DNA of 32,000 nucleotides, taken from the NCBI RefSeq assembly GCF_001457595.1, contig NZ_LN831039.1, positions 5,130,001-5,162,000 on the forward strand, read 5' to 3'. The DNA is from Mycolicibacterium smegmatis (GTDB lineage: Bacteria > Actinomycetota > Actinomycetes > Mycobacteriales > Mycobacteriaceae). The notes under the pieces were generated by a model. It did not search any database and was not told the origin of the DNA. It saw only the letters and a program-made list of their open reading frames with translations. Positions within the stretch are counted from its first letter, which is position 1; each line of letters opens with the position of its first letter. The position numbers and the translations under genes are program-made. Below are positions 8,967 to 16,895 of the stretch, in pieces.

Positions 8967-8999
8967 GTTGCAGACCGTTGCACTGCAACCCCGTGCAAC
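8967..8999. promoter_or_regulatory. 33-bp four-hexamer dyad operator candidate: GTTGCA-N4-GTTGCA-N1-TGCAAC-N4-TGCAAC
   Basis: Hexamers are at 8967-8972, 8977-8982, 8984-8989 and 8994-8999, with 10-bp phasing within each half and the dyad centre at 8983. The site lies in the 110-bp divergent region between bdhA (start 8927) and the FMO (start 9038). Confidence 0.5.
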
Positions 9000-9037
9000 T
9001 CTTGTCACACCGTTTCACTCGGTGTGGTCTGGGACAC

Positions 9038-10879
9038 ATGACACAGACCACCGCCGCACCACTGGCAACCCTGTCACCGCAGGAACGCGTCGACGCCTGG
9101 CTGGCCGACTTCGAGTCGGCCCTGGCCGCCCGGGACATCGAGCGCGTCGTCTCGAAGTTCGCCGTCGACAGCTTCTGGCGCGATCTGGTTGCCTTCACCT
9201 GGAACATCAAGACCGTCGAGGGGCACGAGGGCATCGCGGACATGCTCTCCGCGCGACTCGCCGACACCGACCCATCGGGTTTCAAGACCACAGAACCGCC
9301 CACCGAGGACGTCGACGGCAACACCGTCATCACGTCGGCGTTCATCGAGTTCGAGACCGCGACCGGCCGCGGCAACGGACACTTGCGGCTGCGCAGCGAC
9401 GACACCGGCGACCGCGCCTGGACGCTGCTGACCACGCTGCAGGAGCTCAAGGGCCACGAGGAGCCGAAAGGCCCCAAGCGGGTGCTGGGCGCCGTGCACG
9501 GCTCCGACCCCGACCGCCGGTCCTGGGCCGAGAAGCGCCTCGACGAGCAGCTGACGCTGGGCTACAGCGAGCAGCCGTACATCGTCGTCATCGGCGGCGG
9601 CCAGGGCGGCATCGCCCTCGGTGCGCGGCTGCGTCAGCTCGGTGTGCCCGCGATCGTCGTCGACAAGCACGAACGTCCCGGCGACCAGTGGCGCAAGCGC
9701 TACAAGTCACTGTGCCTGCACGATCCGGTGTGGTACGACCACCTGCCATATCTGCCGTTCCCGCCCAACTGGCCGGTGTTCGCGCCCAAGGACAAGATCG
9801 GCGACTGGCTGGAGTTCTACACCAAGGTCATGGAGGTGCCGTACTGGAGCTCCACGACGTGCCTCTCGGCGTCGTTCGACGAGAACGAAAAGCGTTGGAC
9901 CGTCGAGGTGGATCGCAACGGCGAGAAGGTGACGCTGCGCCCGACGCAGCTGGTGCTCGCGACCGGCATGTCGGGTAAGCCGAACATCCCCACGCTGCCG
10001 GGCCAGGACATCTTCCGTGGCGACCAGCATCATTCGAGCCAGCATCCCGGCCCCGACCGCTACGTGGGCAAGCGTGCCGTGGTGATCGGTTCCAACAACT
10101 CCGCGCACGACATCTGCAAGGCGCTGGTGGAGAACGACGTCGACGTCACGATGGTGCAGCGGTCCTCGACACACATCGTCAAGTCCGATTCGCTCATGGA
10201 TCTCGGCCTCGGCGATCTGTACTCCGAACGTGCCGTCGCGGCCGGGATGACCACGGAGAAGGCCGATCTCACGTTCGCCTCGCTGCCGTACCGCATCATG
10301 GCCGACTTCCAGAAGCCGATCTACGACGCGATCCGCGAGCGCGACAAGGAGTTCTACGCTCGCCTGGAGGCCGCCGGCTTCGAACTGGACTTCGGCGACG
10401 ACGATTCGGGTCTGTTCATGAAGTACCTGCGCCGCGGCTCGGGCTACTACATCGACGTCGGCGCTTCGGATCTGATCGCCGACGGGACCATCAAGCTGGC
10501 GCACGGCCAGGTCGAGCGTCTCACCGAGGATTCGGTGATCCTGGCCGACGGCACCGAACTGCCTGCCGACGTCGTGGTCTACGCCACCGGGTTCGGTTCC
10601 ATGAACGGCTGGGCCGCCGACCTGATCGGGCAGGACGTCGCGGACAAGGTCGGCAAGGTGTGGGGCCTGGGCTCCGGGACCACCAAGGATCCGGGTCCGT
10701 GGGAGGGCGAGCAGCGCAACATGTGGAAGCCCACCCAGCAGGAGAACCTGTGGTTCCACGGCGGTAACCTGCACCAATCACGCCACTACTCACTGTATTT
10801 GGCGTTGCAGCTCAAGGCCCGCTACGAGGGCATGGACACTCCCGTGTACGGCCTGCAGGAGGTGCACCACCTGAGCTGA
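9038..10879 (+). CDS. Long flavin-containing monooxygenase (type II FMO / Baeyer-Villiger-like) with an N-terminal extension of about 170 aa that looks NTF2-like
   Basis: 613 aa from the ATG at 9038 (MTQTTAAPLATL). FAD motif VVIGGGQGGIALG, FRGDQHHSSQH (FxGxxxHxxxH), second Rossmann motif AVVIGSNNSAHD, and ADVVVYATGF. Codons 8957-9037 of the tracked ORF look non-coding and contain the operator. Confidence 0.85.
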   Translation: MTQTTAAPLATLSPQERVDAWLADFESALAARDIERVVSKFAVDSFWRDLVAFTWNIKTVEGHEGIADMLSARLADTDPSGFKTTEPPTEDVDGNTVITSAFIEFETATGRGNGHLRLRSDDTGDRAWTLLTTLQELKGHEEPKGPKRVLGAVHGSDPDRRSWAEKRLDEQLTLGYSEQPYIVVIGGGQGGIALGARLRQLGVPAIVVDKHERPGDQWRKRYKSLCLHDPVWYDHLPYLPFPPNWPVFAPKDKIGDWLEFYTKVMEVPYWSSTTCLSASFDENEKRWTVEVDRNGEKVTLRPTQLVLATGMSGKPNIPTLPGQDIFRGDQHHSSQHPGPDRYVGKRAVVIGSNNSAHDICKALVENDVDVTMVQRSSTHIVKSDSLMDLGLGDLYSERAVAAGMTTEKADLTFASLPYRIMADFQKPIYDAIRERDKEFYARLEAAGFELDFGDDDSGLFMKYLRRGSGYYIDVGASDLIADGTIKLAHGQVERLTEDSVILADGTELPADVVVYATGFGSMNGWAADLIGQDVADKVGKVWGLGSGTTKDPGPWEGEQRNMWKPTQQENLWFHGGNLHQSRHYSLYLALQLKARYEGMDTPVYGLQEVHHLS

Positions 10880-10917
10880 CGTTTTTCCGGCACACGGGCG
10901 CCAGGTATACAAGACGC

Positions 10918-11625
10918 ATGCGACGACGCGTGCTGACGGTGTGCCTGGCGCTCGTCTTGTGTGTGGTGGTTGTTCTCGCGGGTGGTTACTGGCTGTCGAA
11001 TTCGCGGACGTTCCAGGTGGCCGGCGCGTTGGTTCATCGCGTTTCGACGCCCGAGAAGGTCGTCGCGTTGACGCTCGACGACGGGCCCACCGACGCGACA
11101 CGTGTGGTGTTGCGCACGCTGGCCGCCGCGCGGGTGCCCGCGACGTTCTACCTGACCGGGCGCGAACTCGAAGCCGCACCCGATCTGGGTGCGGCCATCG
11201 CGGCGGCCGGACACGAGATCGGCAATCACAGCTTCTCGCACCGGCGCATGGTGCTCATGTCATCGAAAACCGTTGCTTCCGAGCTGGAACGCACCGATGC
11301 CGCGATCCGCGCGACGGGCTACACCGGGCCCATCACTTTCCGGCCGCCGTACGGCAAGAAGCTCTGGTCGCTCCCCCGCTACCTTGCGGAGCATGACCGG
11401 ATCTCGGTGACGTGGGATGTGGAACCCGACTCGGCGACCGAACCCACGGCCGACGAGATCGTCGCGCAGACCGTCGACCAGGTGCGCCCGGGTTCGATCA
11501 TCCTGCTACATGCCATGTACGGCAGTCGCGGGCCGACGCGCGCGGCGCTGCCGCGGATCATCTCCGAATTGCAGTCAGCCGGATACCGTTTCGTCACGGT
11601 GTCGCAACTGATCGGGATGTCGTGA
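10918..11625 (+). CDS. Membrane-anchored polysaccharide deacetylase (NodB/CE4 family)
   Basis: N-terminal TM helix (VLTVCLALVLCVVVVLAGGYWL). NodB motifs LTLDDGP, FYLTG, GNHSFSHRRM, FRPPYG and IILLH. Confidence 0.9.
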   Translation: MRRRVLTVCLALVLCVVVVLAGGYWLSNSRTFQVAGALVHRVSTPEKVVALTLDDGPTDATRVVLRTLAAARVPATFYLTGRELEAAPDLGAAIAAAGHEIGNHSFSHRRMVLMSSKTVASELERTDAAIRATGYTGPITFRPPYGKKLWSLPRYLAEHDRISVTWDVEPDSATEPTADEIVAQTVDQVRPGSIILLHAMYGSRGPTRAALPRIISELQSAGYRFVTVSQLIGMS

Positions 11626-12110
11626 GCAGCGTGCTGCACGGTCTGCCGCCCATCGTCGGCGAGGCTCCTCGTGTCCTCATCCTCGGCAACATGCCCAGCG
11701 TGATGTCACTGGCCTCGAGCGAGTACTACGGCAATCCGCGCAATGCGTTCTGGCGCATCATGGGTTCTCTCTACGGGTTCGCTCCGGATGCTGCCTACTC
11801 CGAGCGGGTTTCGGCGGTGACGTCGCACGGCATTGCGGTGTGGGATGTACTGCGCTCGTGCCGGCGCGTCGGGAGCCTGGATTCGGCGGTGGAGCGCGAC
11901 AGCATGGTGCCCAATGACTTTGCCGGGTTCTTCGCTGCGCATCCCTCGCTTGAGCGTGTGGTGTTCAACGGTGCTGCGGCTGAGGCGAATTATCGCCGTC
12001 TCGTCGGTGAGGTGCCCCTGCCTTATGTGCGGATGCCATCGACCAGCCCGGCACAGACCATGCGCTTCGAGGACAAGCTCTCGGCTTGGCGCGTGGAGCT
12101 GGAGAGGTGA
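11622..12110 (+). CDS. DNA-deoxyinosine (hypoxanthine) glycosylase, UDG superfamily family 6
   Basis: The GTG at 11622 overlaps the deacetylase stop (GTGA). RVLILGNMPSVMSLASSEYYGNPRNAFWRIMG matches the HDG/TIGR04274 signature (ILGSFPS..S....YY..P.N.FW), and PSTSPA lies near the C-terminus. 162 aa. Confidence 0.85.
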   Translation: MSSVLHGLPPIVGEAPRVLILGNMPSVMSLASSEYYGNPRNAFWRIMGSLYGFAPDAAYSERVSAVTSHGIAVWDVLRSCRRVGSLDSAVERDSMVPNDFAGFFAAHPSLERVVFNGAAAEANYRRLVGEVPLPYVRMPSTSPAQTMRFEDKLSAWRVELER

Positions 12111-12189
12111 GGCAAATCCTCATCCGAGCTCCGGAACAGTCCCATCAGGACATTCTCACTTGTCGGTGGGTGCTGGCATACTCGAACGC

Positions 12190-13617
12190 ATGTTCGATGG
12201 AACGAGCGATGCGGGTCTGATCGACGCCATCGCCGAGGCCAAGCGGCAGGAGAACGCCGCCACGGCCCGTCGCCTGTTCGCGATCGGCGAGCTGGACACC
12301 CGCCGCGCCATCGACCTGGCCGAATGCAACTTCTGGCGCACCGACCCGTTCGAGGAGGTCTGCGCCGAAGTGTCCGCTGCGCTGCGGATCTCGCGCTCCC
12401 GGGCCAACTGGCAGGTCCACCTGGCCCGGGTGCTGCGTGACCGCATCCCCAAAGTCGCCGCGGTGTTCGCCCAAGGCGACATCGACTTTCGCATCGTCAC
12501 CAAGATCGCCACCCGCACCGAACTGGTCGACCCTGCCGCCATGCCCGCCCTCGACGACGTGCTGGCCCGCCGCTGCCCCAACTGGATGCGCCTGTCCGAG
12601 CCCAAACTCGAAGAACGCATCGACCAGTGCATCCTGCGCCTGGACCCCGACGGCCAGCGCGTCACCAAACGATCCGAAGACAGCCGATACTTCACGGTCC
12701 AACCCGCCGACACCCCCGGCATGGCCAACGCCCAGGGCTATCTGCCCGCCCACGACGCCGCCGGGTTCGACAAACGCCTCGACGCCATCGCCGCCACCGT
12801 GTGCCCCAACGATCCCCGCACCCCCGATCAACGCCGCGCCGATGCCCTCGGAGCCTTGGGCCGCTACCGCGACACCCTGGACTGCCAATGCGGACGCGAA
12901 GACTGCACCGCGGTCGCCGAACGCGACGCGGTGAACAATGCGATGATCCACGTGCTGGCCGAGCAGTCCACCCTCGACGGCGGCAACGAACCCGGCTACC
13001 TGCCCGGCTTCGGCATGCTGCCCGCGCACATGGTGCGCGAGGTCGCCAAGACCGCCACCACCAAACCTGTCACCATCCCCAAAGACAAGGCCCAGTCGGG
13101 TTACCGCCCCAATGCCGAACTCACCGAGTTCATCCGCTGGAGAGATCTGACCTGCCGATTCCCCGGCTGTGACGCCCCGGCGATGGCCGCCGACATCGAC
13201 CACACCCGCCCCTACCCGCAAGGGCCCACGCATCCGTCGAACACCAAGCTGTACTGCCGCACCCACCACCTGATCAAGACGTTCTACACCGGCCCCAACG
13301 GGTGGACCGACCGGCAACTCCCCGACGGCACCATCGAGTTCACCGCCCCCACCGGGCACATCTACACCACCGAACCCCAAGGCGCAGCCTTGTTCCCGGT
13401 CCTGGGCACCCCCACCGGCGAGCTCAACCTGCCACCCCAGCAAGACGAGCCGCACCCCAACCGCGGGGTGATGATGCCCAAACGCCGCCAAACCCGCGAA
13501 CAAGACCGCGCCGACCGCATCAACGCCGAACGCCGCGAACGCGCCGAACTCAACGCCGAACAACAACGCCAACGCCAAGCCTGGCTCGCCGACAACTACG
13601 AACCGCCACCCTTCTGA
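12190..13617 (+). CDS. DUF222 / HNH endonuclease (mycobacterial REP13E12-like family), selfish-element-type gene
   Basis: 475 aa from the ATG at 12190 (MFDGTSDAGLIDAIAEAKRQENAATARRLFAIGEL is a typical DUF222 N-terminus). HNH motif CRFPGCDAPAMAADIDHTRPYPQGPTHPSNTKLYCRTHHLIKT. Basic, repeat-like C-terminal tail. Confidence 0.9.
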   Translation: MFDGTSDAGLIDAIAEAKRQENAATARRLFAIGELDTRRAIDLAECNFWRTDPFEEVCAEVSAALRISRSRANWQVHLARVLRDRIPKVAAVFAQGDIDFRIVTKIATRTELVDPAAMPALDDVLARRCPNWMRLSEPKLEERIDQCILRLDPDGQRVTKRSEDSRYFTVQPADTPGMANAQGYLPAHDAAGFDKRLDAIAATVCPNDPRTPDQRRADALGALGRYRDTLDCQCGREDCTAVAERDAVNNAMIHVLAEQSTLDGGNEPGYLPGFGMLPAHMVREVAKTATTKPVTIPKDKAQSGYRPNAELTEFIRWRDLTCRFPGCDAPAMAADIDHTRPYPQGPTHPSNTKLYCRTHHLIKTFYTGPNGWTDRQLPDGTIEFTAPTGHIYTTEPQGAALFPVLGTPTGELNLPPQQDEPHPNRGVMMPKRRQTREQDRADRINAERRERAELNAEQQRQRQAWLADNYEPPPF

Positions 13618-14438
13618 CCGAACCGCATTGCGTACTCCCCCGGCGTGCACCCCAACATGCCGCGGAAGTCATTGATGAAATGCGCCTGGTCGTACCAGCC
13701 GAGGCGCACCGCGAGATCGGCGAAATCCACACTGCCCGTGCTCTCGATCTCCAATGCCGCCTGCTGCAAGCGGTATCGGCACAACACCCATTTGACCGGC
13801 ACACCCACATACCGCCGGAACACCCGCTGCGTCGTGCGCACGCTCCACGGCGAGTGCTCCATGACCTGCTCCACACGGTGCAGCGTGGGATCCTCGCGCA
13901 TGCGCTCGAGCAGCGGCATCAACCTGGCGTACACCGGATCGGGATCGCCGGAGTAGTCACCGATAACCGCATCAAACCCCGACCGAACCACGGATACATC
14001 ACATCCGAGATCGATTGGCCCACCGAACAAGTCGTCGTCAACCGGGACCACACGATCGGTGAGCTCACCGGCGTCGCGTCCGAACCGTGCGGTGAATCCG
14101 CCCGGATGGAAGCGCGCGCCGACCACAACACCGCGGGAGCTGATGGTGGTGCGAAACACCTGAGTCACCACGCCGTGCAGCAGTGTGTTGGGCAGCGGAT
14201 GGCCATGGCGCGCAATGTCGTCGCCCCATTCGCGGGTGAGATGCACGGCCGGGAAGGTGATCACGGTGCTCTCGTGCGGACCCGCCTCGCGGCGGTCCCA
14301 GCGCACCGACCAGTAGTGCTCGACGAAACGGCCCGCCTCGGGTGACGGCGCCCACCGGGTGAGGTCGAATGCCGAGGCACTGCCAGGGCGACCGACGACG
14401 CCGCGCTCTGGCGCGTTTTTCCAAGCGGCCACGCACAC
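13596..14438 (-). CDS. AraC-family transcriptional regulator (N-terminal cupin-like/DUF6597-type domain plus HTH_18)
   Basis: C-terminal AraC HTH (VEQVMEHSPWSVRTTQRVFRRYVGVPVKWVLCRYRLQQAALEI, DLAVRLGWYDQAHFINDFRGMLGCTPGEY). The start is uncertain: GTG at 14438 or 14432. The tracked ORF up to 14840 overlaps the VOC gene and is rejected. The last 22 nt overlap the HNH gene's 3' end. Confidence 0.7.
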   Translation of the reverse strand: MCVAAWKNAPERGVVGRPGSASAFDLTRWAPSPEAGRFVEHYWSVRWDRREAGPHESTVITFPAVHLTREWGDDIARHGHPLPNTLLHGVVTQVFRTTISSRGVVVGARFHPGGFTARFGRDAGELTDRVVPVDDDLFGGPIDLGCDVSVVRSGFDAVIGDYSGDPDPVYARLMPLLERMREDPTLHRVEQVMEHSPWSVRTTQRVFRRYVGVPVKWVLCRYRLQQAALEIESTGSVDFADLAVRLGWYDQAHFINDFRGMLGCTPGEYAMRFGQKGGGS

Positions 14439-14459
14439 CAGGCTACGAGACTGGCGGAC

Positions 14460-14930
14460 ATGAGTGTTCAACCGATCCCGGAGGGCTACACGAGCCTGAC
14501 CCCATTCCTGTGCGTCCACCCCGCGGCCGAGGCTATTGCGTTCTACGAGAGCGTGTTCGGCGCGAAAACCGTGGAGCGGATGGACGGTCCCGACGGCACG
14601 GTCGCGCACGCCGAACTCGACTTCGGCAACGGCAGGCTGCAACTGGGCGACCCGCAGGAGGCGTTCGGCATCGCCGCGCCCGACACCGGTGCCCCGGCCA
14701 CGCACTCGTTCGGGTTGTACTGCCCCGACGTCGACGACGTGGTGACGCGCGCCGAGAAGGCCGGCGCGACGGTGCGGGAACCCGCGCAGACGTTCGTCAC
14801 GGGTGACCGGTTCGCGTCGATCCTCGACCCGTTCGGCCACCGCTGGACCGTGATGACGCGCGTGGAGAACCTCACCGCCGAGGAGCGCGAACAGCGTGTG
14901 GCCCAGTGGGCGGCGAGCAACAGCGGTTAA
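14460..14930 (+). CDS. VOC-family (glyoxalase/bleomycin-resistance, PhnB-like) protein
   Basis: 156 aa. PEGYTSLTPFLCV..AAEAIAFYESVFGA..AHAELDFGNGRLQLGD..DRFASILDPFGHRWTV is the typical PhnB-like VOC pattern. Confidence 0.85.
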   Translation: MSVQPIPEGYTSLTPFLCVHPAAEAIAFYESVFGAKTVERMDGPDGTVAHAELDFGNGRLQLGDPQEAFGIAAPDTGAPATHSFGLYCPDVDDVVTRAEKAGATVREPAQTFVTGDRFASILDPFGHRWTVMTRVENLTAEEREQRVAQWAASNSG

Positions 14931-14939
14931 CGTGGCGGG

Positions 14940-15377
14940 ATGTCATGCGTGTTCTGTGCCATCGTCTCCGGTGACGCCCCAGCCATCCGCATCTACGAAG
15001 ACGAGAACTTCCTGGGCATCCTCGACATCCGGCCGTTCACCCGCGGCCACACGCTGGTGATCCCGAAAACCCACACCGTCGACCTCACGGACACGCCGCC
15101 GGAGACGGTCGCCGGTATGGCGGCCGTCGGCCAGCGCATCGCGCGGGCCGCACGCGAATCGGGACTGCACGCCGACGGCAACAACATCGCGATCAACGAC
15201 GGCAAGGCCGCGTTCCAGACGGTGTTCCACATCCACCTGCACGTGGTGCCCCGTCGCAACGGCGACAAGCTGTCGTTCGCCAAGGGCATGGTGATGCGCC
15301 GCGACCCCGACCGCGAGGAGTCCGGCAGGCTGCTGCGGGCGGCCCTGGCGCAACTGGACAGCGCCGAGCAGGATTGA
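14940..15377 (+). CDS. HIT (histidine triad) family protein
   Basis: CVFCAIVSGDAPA, GHTLVIPKTH, and the HIHLHVVPR histidine triad. Confidence 0.9.
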   Translation: MSCVFCAIVSGDAPAIRIYEDENFLGILDIRPFTRGHTLVIPKTHTVDLTDTPPETVAGMAAVGQRIARAARESGLHADGNNIAINDGKAAFQTVFHIHLHVVPRRNGDKLSFAKGMVMRRDPDREESGRLLRAALAQLDSAEQD

Positions 15378-15380
15378 CCC

Positions 15381-15836
15381 ATGAGTATGCCCTGGTGGGA
15401 GCGGTACATCGGTCTGCCGTTGCTGTTGCTGCACGACAAGGTCTACAAGGCCACCGATGGACGCATCGGACACCGCATCCCCGGCGGGCCGGCCACGCTG
15501 ATCCTGCACACTGTCGGCGCCAAGACCGGTCAGCACCGCGCGAGTTCGCTCGCCTACGCGCGCGACGGTGACGACTACCTGGTGGTGGCGTCGAAAGGTG
15601 GCGAGCCGAAGGCGCCGGGTTGGTACCACAACCTCAAGGCCGACCCGAACGTCGAGATCAACGTCGGCCCCAAGCGTCTGCGTGCGACGGCCAGAGCCGT
15701 GTTCCCCGATGACCCGGATTTCCCGCGGCTGTGGGAGATCGTCAACAACATGCCGGGCAACAAGGACCGCTACATCGGTTACCAGAAACGCACGACGCGC
15801 CAGATCCCGGTGATCGTGCTGACGCCCGTGAGCTAG
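15381..15836 (+). CDS. Deazaflavin (F420H2)-dependent nitroreductase/FDOR-A family protein (Ddn/Rv1261c-like)
   Basis: LILHTVGAKTGQHRASSLAY, YLVVASKGGEPKAPGWYHNLKADPNVEINVG, and the FPRLWEIV pattern of the DDN family. Confidence 0.85.
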   Translation: MSMPWWERYIGLPLLLLHDKVYKATDGRIGHRIPGGPATLILHTVGAKTGQHRASSLAYARDGDDYLVVASKGGEPKAPGWYHNLKADPNVEINVGPKRLRATARAVFPDDPDFPRLWEIVNNMPGNKDRYIGYQKRTTRQIPVIVLTPVS

Positions 15837-16882
15837 AAGAGTTCCTTCGCGAGCAGTTCCAGCGTGGTGTCGCGTGCGGTCGCGGTCCTCGGATCGGCGC
15901 CGCGGTGCGCCGACGCGACGGGGTTGATCATGACCTCGTCGACGTCGAACTCCTCGGCCAGTGCCCGCACCTGCTCGGCGGCCTCGGTGGGTGATCCGAC
16001 CACGGCGCGGCGGCGCCCGTCGGCGACCACGGCGTCGCCCTGCGGCGTGAGGACCGTGGTCTGCGCGTCCTCCACCAGATCGAGCGCGTTGAGCGGCTGA
16101 CCGGTGCGCAACCGGGCCATCATCTGCAGTTGCGGCAGCAGCAGCGCCTCGGCCTCCTCGGTGGTCTCGGCGACCACGGCGTTGACGGTCAGGAACGTCA
16201 CGGGCTCAGGCGCGGCCTCGCTGGGCTGGAACTCTTCGCGGTAGATCGCGAGCGCCTCGGCGGTGCCGTGACCCGAGAAGTGGTGCGCGAACACGTACGG
16301 CAGGCCCTTGGCCGCCGCGAGATGCGCCGAGTACATCGACGAACCCAAGAGCCACAGCTGCGGCACCGAGGTCGCGTTGGGCGTGGCCTTGAGGATGTAG
16401 TTGTCCCGCAGCAGGTCTCGCGGCAGCGGGACCCGCACGCCGCGCGCACCCATGAGCGCGACGACGTCGTCGAGGTACTGGGGGAAGGCCTCGATGTCGC
16501 GGTCGTCGCGACCCGCGGCGCCGCGCAGTGCCAGCGAGGTGACGGGATCCGACCCGGGGGCACGCCCGATGCCCAGATCGATGCGCCCGGGATGGGCGGC
16601 CTCCAGGAGCGCGAACTGTTCGGCGACGGCCAGCGGCGCGTGATTGGGCAGCATCACCCCGCCCGACCCCAGCCGCAGCTGCGACGTGTGCGCGGCCAGG
16701 TGCGCGATCAGGACCGGCGGGCTGGTGGCCGCGACCGCGGGCATGTTGTGGTGTTCGGCGACCCAGAAGCGGTGGTATCCGAGCCGGTCAGCGGTCTGCG
16801 CGAGGTGCGTGGTGGCCGCCAGCGCGTCGGCTGTGGTCTGGTCGGTACGCACCGGGACGAGGTCGAGGACAGAAAGCCGCAT
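15833..16882 (-). CDS. LLM-class (luciferase-like) flavin-dependent oxidoreductase, MsnO8/TIGR03558-like
   Basis: MRLSVLDLVPVR..LGYHRFWVAEHHNMPAVAATSPPVLIAHLA..GSGGVMLPNHAPLAVAEQF..GRIDLGIGRAPG. I prefer the ATG at 16882 because the 9 upstream codons have poor third-position GC. A GTG at 16909 is an alternative. Its stop shares CTAG with the FDOR stop. Confidence 0.85.
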   Translation of the reverse strand: MRLSVLDLVPVRTDQTTADALAATTHLAQTADRLGYHRFWVAEHHNMPAVAATSPPVLIAHLAAHTSQLRLGSGGVMLPNHAPLAVAEQFALLEAAHPGRIDLGIGRAPGSDPVTSLALRGAAGRDDRDIEAFPQYLDDVVALMGARGVRVPLPRDLLRDNYILKATPNATSVPQLWLLGSSMYSAHLAAAKGLPYVFAHHFSGHGTAEALAIYREEFQPSEAAPEPVTFLTVNAVVAETTEEAEALLLPQLQMMARLRTGQPLNALDLVEDAQTTVLTPQGDAVVADGRRRAVVGSPTEAAEQVRALAEEFDVDEVMINPVASAHRGADPRTATARDTTLELLAKELF

Positions 16883-16895
16883 GACACGGTCAACG

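Noticed and set aside
8957-9037. N-terminal extension of the FMO ORF (MRQGCRPLHCNPVQLLSHRFTRCGLGH)
   Set aside because: It is Cys-rich with atypical codons and overlaps the four-hexamer operator. The ATG at 9038 followed by MTQTTAAP is a more credible start.
10906-10911. TATACA 6 nt upstream of the deacetylase ATG, considered as a -10 box for a leaderless transcript
   Set aside because: It does not fit the mycobacterial TANNNT pattern and has no -35 support. The gene may simply be co-transcribed with the FMO.
12108-12122. Small hairpin TGAGG-caaat-CCTCA just after the glycosylase stop, considered as a terminator
   Set aside because: It has only a 5-bp stem and no following T-tract, which is too weak to call.
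11833-12189. Upstream extension of the HNH ORF overlapping the glycosylase gene
   Set aside because: It overlaps the HDG coding frame and gives a Cys/Arg-rich translation. DUF222 proteins typically begin as at the ATG at 12190.
12145-13650. 501-aa minus-strand ORF covering the whole HNH/DUF222 gene
   Set aside because: It is low-complexity (G/A/V-rich) with no family signature. The plus-strand frame has unambiguous DUF222 and HNH motifs, so this is an antisense shadow ORF.
14439-14840. Upstream extension of the AraC ORF to 14840 (414 aa)
   Set aside because: It would run antisense through most of the well-supported VOC gene. The extra residues are Arg/Gly-rich with no domain, and AraC homologues of this type are about 260-290 aa.
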